Origin: Octopus sinensis
Lineage: Eukaryota
Direction: 5' to 3'
Length of the DNA stretch: 64,000 nt
Assembly (NCBI RefSeq): GCF_006345805.1
Contig: NC_042997.1
Span: forward strand, 84,754,001-84,818,000
The notes beneath the pieces were generated by a model, which searched no databases, was not told where the DNA came from, and worked only from the letters and a program-made list of their open reading frames with translations. This document shows positions 55,675 through 64,000 of this stretch, piece after piece (within the stretch, counting starts at the first letter, position 1; each line of letters begins with the position of its first letter). A program made the position numbers and the translations under genes.

Positions 55675-55875
55675 TTAAGGTAGTATTGTCAGCATGTCAG
55701 ATAAAATGCTTTGTGGTATTGCGCGTTTTAACGTTTTGCGTTCAAATTCCGCCGAGATCAACTTAGCCTTCCATTTTATTGCGATCGATAAAATGAGTAC
55801 CAGCTGAGCACTGTCGTCAATTTAATAGACTTCGCCCACCCCCGAAATTGTTGGCCTTGTGCCAAAATTTGAAAC
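55675..55875 (+). mobile_element. Family-1 SINE, diverged
   Basis: GTTCAAATTCCGCCGAG...GGCCTTGTGCCAAAATTTGAAACC. Confidence 0.8.
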
Positions 55876-56111
55876 CATTATTACTTTGTTCATTAACATT
55901 TAACTAATTAATCGATAGTTTGATTAATCGTTCCGTCCAATTAGTCAATCAGCTAGGTTAGTCTGGTCATTCACTCGCCATCCACTACCTCAGAGATTAC
56001 ATACTCTCTCTACTTCAGGCCTACCGCAGGCCTCACTTCCTGCTTACCAGTTTAAAGGTTTTATATTATATTTATACGGAGATGTATGAGAATGTATGTT
56101 GAAGAGAGGGG

Positions 56112-56149
<38 letters not shown>

Positions 56150-56298
56150 TGTGAGTGTGTTTGCATGTGTGTATAAGTATGTATGTGTATATCTATGTAT
56201 GCATATATATAAACATATATATTCATGTGTATATATAAATATATATTTATGTATGTATGTATATCAATATATGTATACGCACGCACACACACATATAC

Positions 56299-56356
<58 letters not shown>

Positions 56357-57142
56357 GTATGTATGTATATACACACATAGATATATGTATAGGTATATAT
56401 ATATATGTGTGTGTGTGAGTGTGTGTGGTAAAAGAAAGATGGAACAGTTCTATATTTAAGAAATGAGGATACGAGAATTTTTATTAATCACTACAATTGT
56501 TATACATATATATATGTGTGTGTACGTACACGCACACATGTATACATGAGTGAGTGCGTGCGTGTACATCTGTGACAGTCTTTCTCTGCACAATTCCATT
56601 TATTCCCATGCTATTGCCCAATGCAAAGCTATATCTTTTGACAATTGTTTTTTTTTTTATTTTGCGAAGTGGATCGACCTGAAACCATGCGATTGCAAAG
56701 TTACATCCTTAAAAAAGTTGCGGAATTGTAAAGAGAGTTAATCGAAATGCCTTATTTTTATTCTAGCTCCTAATGTTCTGAGTACAAATAGACGCTGAAC
56801 AACTTAGTCTTTTATTTCTTCTGGGGTCGATGGAATAATGTAAATCAAGTGCTGAATCAAACTGAACATGATCTGCTGAATGAAGAGTGAGAAGACCAAG
56901 CTGTCCACTTTTGCTCTCGATTGCACGCCTACAAACACACACACACACACATGTAGCTTTTAAAAATTATTCCTTTGTCTGTAAAAGCGATAAAGATAAA
57001 TAGATATTTAATGCTTATTCTTTTGTCAATAAAATTATTTAGAATCCATTTTCTTAGTAAAATAGATAATAAATAATAAATTTAAACGAATTTTCTAGTT
57101 TTTCGATTAAATATGGTTTAATCAATATTTAAATAAGAGTTA

Positions 57143-57357
57143 GGGTGGTGAGCTGGCAGAATCGTTCTCAAACCGTGCAAAATGCTTAGCGTGTTTTTGT
57201 CCGTCTTTACATTCTGAGTTCAAATACCGCCGAGGTCGTCTTAGCTTTTCATTCTTTCGGAGTCGATGAAATAGGTACCAGTTGAACACTGGGGTCGATC
57301 TAATGTCTAACCTTACCTCACTAGTTTCAGGCCTTGTGGCTATAGGAAAAAAGGATT
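57143..57357 (+). mobile_element. Family-1 SINE
   Basis: GGTGAGCTGGCAGAATCGTT...GAGTTCAAATACCGCCGAGGTCG...GGCCTTGTGGCTATAGGAAAAAAGGATT. Confidence 0.85.
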
Positions 57358-57882
57358 AAGCATATAATTGTAAGTTCTTGTTTCTAAATTTAATTACATA
57401 TACATCATAATGGAACCCTGTCATTTGTGCCCGAGTCCAACTGTACAATTCTATACAAAATAAGACCTATCCTAATCAACTCAAAATTATCTTTATCAGC
57501 AATCGCTTCTGTTTCTTAACAACTGGAAAGTAAATCTGCTAGTCCTGACAATGGTTTTAACCAGTGTAGAAGTTAATTTAATGGCCGAGTCTATTTCATT
57601 CTCTTGCATCTGAAACCCTGTGGTTTAATCACGTGGTCTATTTTCACAGACACCCTTACTATACATCCGTACACATCAAATGGTCTTCTCAAGCCAATAA
57701 TGAAACCGTGGCACGGGCGCAATTCCCCATGTAAAGAAACATATATCAGAACATGGTGGTATTGAGAAATTTTATGTTTTTATGACTCGAAATACGAACA
57801 AAACTCCCTGAATGTGTGTGTGGGTGGTTGTGAAGGCGAATTCTTGCACTTCATTCAGTATGCTTTCTGTTTTTCGGTCTGC

Positions 57883-57948
<66 letters not shown>

Positions 57949-57991
57949 GTCTGTCTATCTATCTGTCTGTCTATCTGTCTATCTATCTATC

Positions 57992-58064
<73 letters not shown>

Positions 58065-58067
58065 TTT

Positions 58068-58122
<55 letters not shown>

Positions 58123-59419
58123 CAGCCAGCCGACCAGTTACTGCGACCATAATCGACATGGACACCACAGAACCATCACAATCGATAACCTTTCGACCAC
58201 CACCACCATCATGATTACCATCCACACCAACACCATAGCCACCACAGTTACAGCTACACATCCCTCCCGTCCCCACCATACCTATTCCACTAATTCAGTC
58301 TCGCTGTTGTTCTCTTTTTTTCTCTCTCGCCAACTCTTTCTTCAGCTATTAAACGAAACCAACCTATTAACACAAATTGATCGATCTGTCTTTCTATATA
58401 TTTTATACAATTTACAATGCCAAGGAAATCTTTGCTGACCTTACGAGCTGGCCAGTCGGATGGGTCAGTATTCAATTGACCGGTCCTTAACAAATTCTGT
58501 CCATTGAATAACACAAAAACTATTGATTAAGACATTTTAAACAAACGCTTCTAAAGAATAATAGTCACTTTTTCGAAATGACTGTGTGCATGGTTGATTT
58601 CAAGATCTTTCTTTCGATAAAGCATTTCACTCTCTAGCTCTAACCCTCATCCTTTCTCTCTCTCCCACTCTCTTCCTCAATCTCTTCTTCTCTCTCTTTC
58701 TCTCTCTCTCTCTGTTCCCTCGGTCTGTATTTTCTTCTATTTCACTTTCTATTTTCCACAACTTCTTTTCCATTTTTTCTCTCTCTAAATTCCACAAGCG
58801 TTCTTTCTCTTTCCCTCTCTCTTTATCTGCTTCTTTCTTTTTAAGTATAAGTATTTTATTTACTCTCCCTCTAACTCCCACTTTCTCTTTTCCTCCTTTT
58901 TTTCTTAACTCCGCTTACTTCTGCAATTCTCCTTCGTTAGAAGCCTCTATTTCATGAGATAGTCTTTACTTTTTTCTACTTTATAAATTCTCTCTTTATA
59001 TATATAACTCACACTATATTCTAATCTCACTTAATCTCTCAGCAGTGACTATTTCGCCGTTTTACTTTCTACCTCAATTCTTCTTCTCAAATAACCTCAT
59101 ATATATACCAATCTCCTTCCGGATTAAATTGAACTCCGTCCATCTGACTGGCTTTCATATAATATCCGTTATTCGTTTAAAATATATAAGTGTGTGTGTG
59201 TGTGTGTGTGTTTGTGTGTGAGTGAATGTGTGTGTGATTGCGTGTGTGCGTGCGTGTGTATGTGCGTATGTGTTTGCGTGTATGTGTGCGTGTGCTTGAG
59301 GGATAATTGTCTGTTTGACTGGAAACAGTGTTATCATTTCTCAATGGATGCTTTTTTTAAAAAATGCACACAAATACAATGTATTAAGTAAAATGAATTA
59401 AAAAATTTCAGATCCTGGG

Positions 59420-60520
59420 TTGCACGCGAGTAAAACAACTAGGACTCAACAAAGAAAATCGTAAAGAACTGCTGGTTGTAAAGAAGTGGTAAACTCTCCT
59501 TTCTTCCTACGTGTCATATTAATTTTTCTCTACTATGCATACAACACACACGAGAAATTATTTAATCACCATAAAGTAAAATTTTCCTATTCGACTACCA
59601 GAAATTTGGCTGATATTATGACAGCACATAACAAAAGTAAAATTAGGACAATATCGCAACCCAAAATTGATAAACACAAGTAGGATCGATGAGGTCGAGT
59701 GTGAGATAAAATTGAATGCTAATTTTCCTGACCTAGTTTTTTTATATTTTAGGTAAAAGTAATTCCAACAGAGAAATTGATAGTAACTTTAAGATAACAT
59801 CTAGTAATAATATTGATCATAATACTGCTAATAATCTTGGTTTAAAACCTAATTCTGAAAGCAGAATTAGTACTAGATCCTTTAACCGTGAGTGGTAGGG
59901 TAAATAAACGCCTTTGTAATTCCAAAATCAAATTTAGGTGTCTTTCAGAAAATCAGTGTTTAGGGAAGAATATAGTGAATCAATATATGGTAATTGCAGT
60001 GAATCGTACACATAATTACATAGTTTTCATCACTACAATTTGGAAAATTAGATTATATAACCATTCTTCTTCATTTAAGTTTAGGAAAAATGTAATTCTT
60101 CGAACCTGTGATTTGAAAGACAAAAACATTAACTACGATATAAAATGGTCCATTATCACTTACTTACCATTGTGCTATGCTGGTTATTTTAAATGTTTAT
60201 TAAGGCGGCGAGCTGGCAGAAACGTTAGCACGCCGGGCGAAATGAGTAGCCGTATCTTGTCTGCCGTTACGTTCTGAGTTCAAATTCCGCCGAGGTCGAC
60301 TTTGCCTTTCATCCTTTCGGGATCGATAAATTAAGTACCAGTTACCCACTGGAGTCAATGTAATCGACTTCATACCTTTGTCTGTCCTTGTTTGTCCCCT
60401 CTATGTTTAGCTCCTTGTGGGTAATAAAGAAATAGGTTATTTTAAATGTCACCTTTGCCTAGAGGAAATGTATTATATAATCACTTTATTGCGGAAGCAT
60501 GATCACTCTTGAACTTTAGC
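59420..60520 (+). pseudogene. Degraded Penelope-like element (linker plus GIY-YIG), second subfamily, interrupted by a SINE
   Basis: HEKLFNHHKVKFSYSTTRNLADIMTAHNKSKI; CLSENQCLGKNIV; WKIRLYNHSSSF; DLKDKNINYDIKWSI. After the SINE it resumes as GYFKCHLCLEEMYYII, matching the PLE C-x-LCL-x-EK motif. Confidence 0.75.
60197..60434 (+). mobile_element. Young family-1 SINE inserted in the PLE remnant, 15-bp TSD
   Basis: Near-consensus sequence. GGTTATTTTAAATGT occurs at 60182-60196 and 60435-60449. Confidence 0.93.
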
Positions 60521-61645
60521 TTCCCACATTGTGGCTTTTTACTTTTAGCTACCCATTTTGGTTCACGAGGTGACAGTCAGGTTCATTTAACTTTATTTAG
60601 ATCGTCTGCACCTTAACGCGATGGACCAATCTAGCGTCTGTACATCAACTATAAAATGGGAACATTTTGGCCCGTTAAACTCAGGGAAGTGAGTTTTTCT
60701 ACGACCGACTTTGGATCTAAGGTATGAAAAAGTTTGATTTTATTTTGTAGTGTTCAGCTTGAATATGATTCTAACCTTAATCCTTGACGCTATGCTCCGC
60801 TTCTAACCAGCATTTTAAAAACAGAATTGTAACCAGAATCTTTGATGTTATATTTCATATTTTTCTAACCTTTTATATTCATGTTTATGAGCATTTAAAT
60901 TTATGCAATGTATTGGCAGTTATTAATGTCCAACCTGTTTTGCTGCATCTAATTTTAGCGATGGTAATAAATGTTTCAGTGCGGTCAACTGCAACTTGTC
61001 TTCAATTTGTTTATTGATATCCATCCTGGCTTCATTTAACAGAAGGCATAATATCATTAGACCTTACTCCGCATTTCATACAACACCTCATCATTCACAT
61101 GCTAAAACTTCAAAATTAAAATTATCAAATTGTAGAACAAGTCTTACGCTGGAATGTTCTCATAAATACAGAAATAAAAATTAATATTTCAGTTGTAAAT
61201 ATCACGATTATAATTGCATTTCCTATAATCTAAGAAGCATAATTTTTCTAAAATATTTCAACTTGCCTAAATAGCTAGAGGATTAAATGCTACAATTTCT
61301 ATATTTTTTCGTTATCTATTGACGTCATCATAAGTTTGAATGCTAAACAGGCTTTTCTAAGAATATTATATTGTTTCATAACGGTCATTTTGTGTGTGTT
61401 CATGTATTGTAGATATTTTAGTTTACTTTGTATTTAACCTGGTTTGGGTTCCCTTGACAACAATGTGTTCGCATAAATTTGGGAATATATTTGTTTGACT
61501 GTTAGTTGGATCTTTTTTCTATGTCTAAATATGCTGTTACAATAGAAACGACCGTCGGTAATGTATGATGTAATTATTGAATAAAGATGTGATTTTTCTC
61601 TATTCTTCTTCATGTTGTTATATTTTGTGTGTGTATAAACACACA

Positions 61646-61695
<50 letters not shown>

Positions 61696-62492
61696 CACAC
61701 ACACAAACATGCATATATATATATGCATACACATACACACACATTCGGAAAATTTGTATGTGGTTTCAAATATACAGTAGATAGAAAATAAATTATTCCC
61801 TATTGTTTTGCATTTTAATTTATATTTATAAAATAGTCAGGTCTCAAGTTCTATGAATTGAACTATTTTATTGTTATTCGATTATATTTCAGATTTGCAA
61901 AAAAAAAAAAAAACTATTAATCTTATTCAAAGTGTGTAATACATTAATATTTTACAAGTATAAACAAGTTCAAACATCATGTAACGAAAAGATATTTGTT
62001 TTATAACCGCTTACTAATTTTGGAAGATGAGATGTTTTAATGAAGAATATAATAATGCAGATTCCCAATGTTCTGTCTGTATATTTTGCGTGAAATATAA
62101 TTGCCTACCCACGTTGACAGAACATATTACGTAAACGCAATTTGATATTATTAGTTACAATTTTTTAGGCAGTGAACAGGTAGAATTGCAAGCGCGTCGA
62201 ACAGATTGCTGAGCGGTATTTCTTTTGATTCTTTACGTTATGAGATCTAATTAGGTCGAAAATTGCCCCATCATTCTTTCATGGTCGATAAAATAAGCAA
62301 CAGCCAAGTTCTGGGGTTGATGTTTATCGACTTGCCCCGTCTCCTCAAGACTGCTGGCCTTGTGCCCAAATTGGAAAGAACTATTTACAAATTTAACAGT
62401 AAAACAATGATACAATATACTTTCTGTTCACTGTAGTATTTTTGATGATGTAATATTTTGTTGTTTCAATTTACTCATATACTTTTTTAACG

Positions 62493-62865
62493 TAGGCGCA
62501 GGCGTTGCTGTGTGGTAACCATATGGTTCTGGGCTCAGTTTCACTAGGTGGCACCTTGGGCAAGTATCTTCTACTACATCTTCGGGCTGACCAAAGTCTT
62601 GTGAGTGGATTTGGTTGACGGAAACTGAAAGAAGCCCATCGTACATATGTGTGTGTTTGTTGTTATGTTTGTCCCCCACCATCGCTTGACAACTGATGTT
62701 GGCGTGTTTACGCTCTCGTAAATTAGCAGAAGAGATCGATAGAATAGATACTAAGCTTAGCAAAAAATTAATTATTGCGGTTGATTCATTGGACTAAAAA
62801 TTCTCCAAGGTTGTGCCCAGCATGGCCGCAGTCTAATGACTAAAACAAATAAAAGATAAAAAATA
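62493..62865 (+). mobile_element. Family-2 SINE
   Basis: TAGGCGCAGGCGTTGCTGTGTGGTAA...GGCACCTTGGGCAAG...GCATGGCCGCAGTCTAATGACT. Confidence 0.88.
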
Positions 62866-62939
62866 TAAGGTTTCCAATCACAACTGATGAGTATTCATAA
62901 CACGATTTCGGTCCAGTACTTCAAATCTATTGCTTGTTA

Positions 62940-63269
62940 AATTTGTACAACATACTGCAAAGCTCACCCGAGGAGATGTCTCTTGGGAGATAATGGAACA
63001 TTACATTGGAAGATCCTACCCGCATCCTCCAAGCAAGGTGAAGAGTCATTTTGCTAAAATATGCTGTGCTTGTACAGCATCCAGTTCTTCTCAAGTTTGG
63101 AATAATCACCAGGACAGCATGACAAGCACAAGAGTAATATAGGCGTGGCTGCGTGGTAAGAAGTTTGCACTTTAACAACAAACTTCCGGAGTCAGTCTCA
63201 GTAAGTAGAACCTTATGCCGACCAAAGCATTGTGAGTGGATTTGGTAGACGGAAATTGAAGGAAGCCCG

Positions 63270-63308
<39 letters not shown>

Positions 63309-63309
63309 T

Positions 63310-63366
<57 letters not shown>

Positions 63367-63960
63367 TGTGTGTGTTTGTGTCTATGTTTGGCCACACCAC
63401 CACTTAGAGTAAGTACAAGGCTTTAAAAACATGAGTAGTACGTCCGACTAAAATTGAACAAGGCAGTGTCTCAGCATGGTCACAGTGTAATAACTGAAAC
63501 AAGTAAAAAGAAAGAAAGAAAGAAAGAAAGAAAAAAGAAAGAAAGAAAGAAGGAAAGAAAGAAAGAAAGGAAATATCATAATTTATCTTCGTCATGTACA
63601 ACCGCACATCGAACGACATTATAAGAAATTATGGCCGACAAATAATTTGAGCAGTGTTGAGTGCCAGCTCCATTACGAACAGCAGCTGAAATTTGAATCA
63701 GAAGATTCTTTAAGGAACCAGTTATGACACATGGAACAATATATCCACCAGAAGAAATTAATCTTCATCCCAGATTTAAGAAAAAAAGTATTAGCCAAGG
63801 ATCAGAAACTATTTCTAACATTTGACGTGAGAAGAACAATTTCCTTGATGCTTCTGATGGAATAGGCAAAACATTTTTAATAATCATAATTTTGACAAGC
63901 AGTTCTTTGCGGACACTGCTGAGGCAGCTTCATCTGTGAAACAGATTGTAGATGCTGCGC
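62940..63960 (+). pseudogene. Decayed Helitron RepHel fragment (pre-helicase region plus PIF1 Walker A), split by a SINE
   Basis: SHFAKICCACTASSSSQVWNNHQDSMT resembles LFA.IL..C.PS.P..LW..H.DSM. FLDASDGIGKTFLIIIILT at about 63840-63896 resembles FLDAPGGTGKTFLI, followed by AASS of the ASSGIAA motif. Confidence 0.65.
63140..63520 (+). mobile_element. Family-2 SINE inside the Helitron remnant
   Basis: TAGGCGTGGCTGCGTGGTAAG...GTGAGTGGATTTGGTAGACGG...ACTGAAACAAGTAAAAAG, followed by (AAAG)n. Confidence 0.82.
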
Positions 63961-64000
63961 CGGTGCTAGGAAGTGCGTGGCCCAATTAGAGAATTATTAT

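Noticed and set aside
60790-61010. Inverted copy of the neighbouring PLE GIY-YIG region (AVDRTETFITIAKIRC)
   Set aside because: Similarity is limited to short patches and cannot be distinguished from chance by eye.

Overview
AT-rich, microsatellite-dense animal DNA, intronic or intergenic. The SINE families match what I recall of octopus SINEs, so the source is probably an octopus genome (recall, not a database result). I found no intact protein-coding gene or RNA gene, and almost every ORF in the supplied track is a translated microsatellite. The window is built from: three tRNA-derived SINE families (about 35 copies or fragments); Penelope-like retroelement (PLE) remnants with GIY-YIG endonuclease; degraded RTE and CR1/L2-like LINE pieces; Tc1/mariner remnants, including a 565-bp internally deleted mariner with perfect 30-bp TIRs; non-autonomous Helitrons; and a decayed RepHel fragment. 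Main observations: (1) a decayed, intronless alpha-SNAP (NAPA) copy at about 48.3-48.84 kb, absent from the ORF track, lying between two nearly identical convergent Helitron 3' ends, with a pre-miRNA-sized hairpin nearby; (2) a scattered set of minimal hammerhead-ribozyme-like motifs, one nearly intact at 28.84 kb; (3) three fold-back inversions at the ends of PLE-like repeats; (4) repeated same-orientation insertion of one SINE subfamily into related SINE copies. SINE boundaries are approximate (about +/-10 bp).
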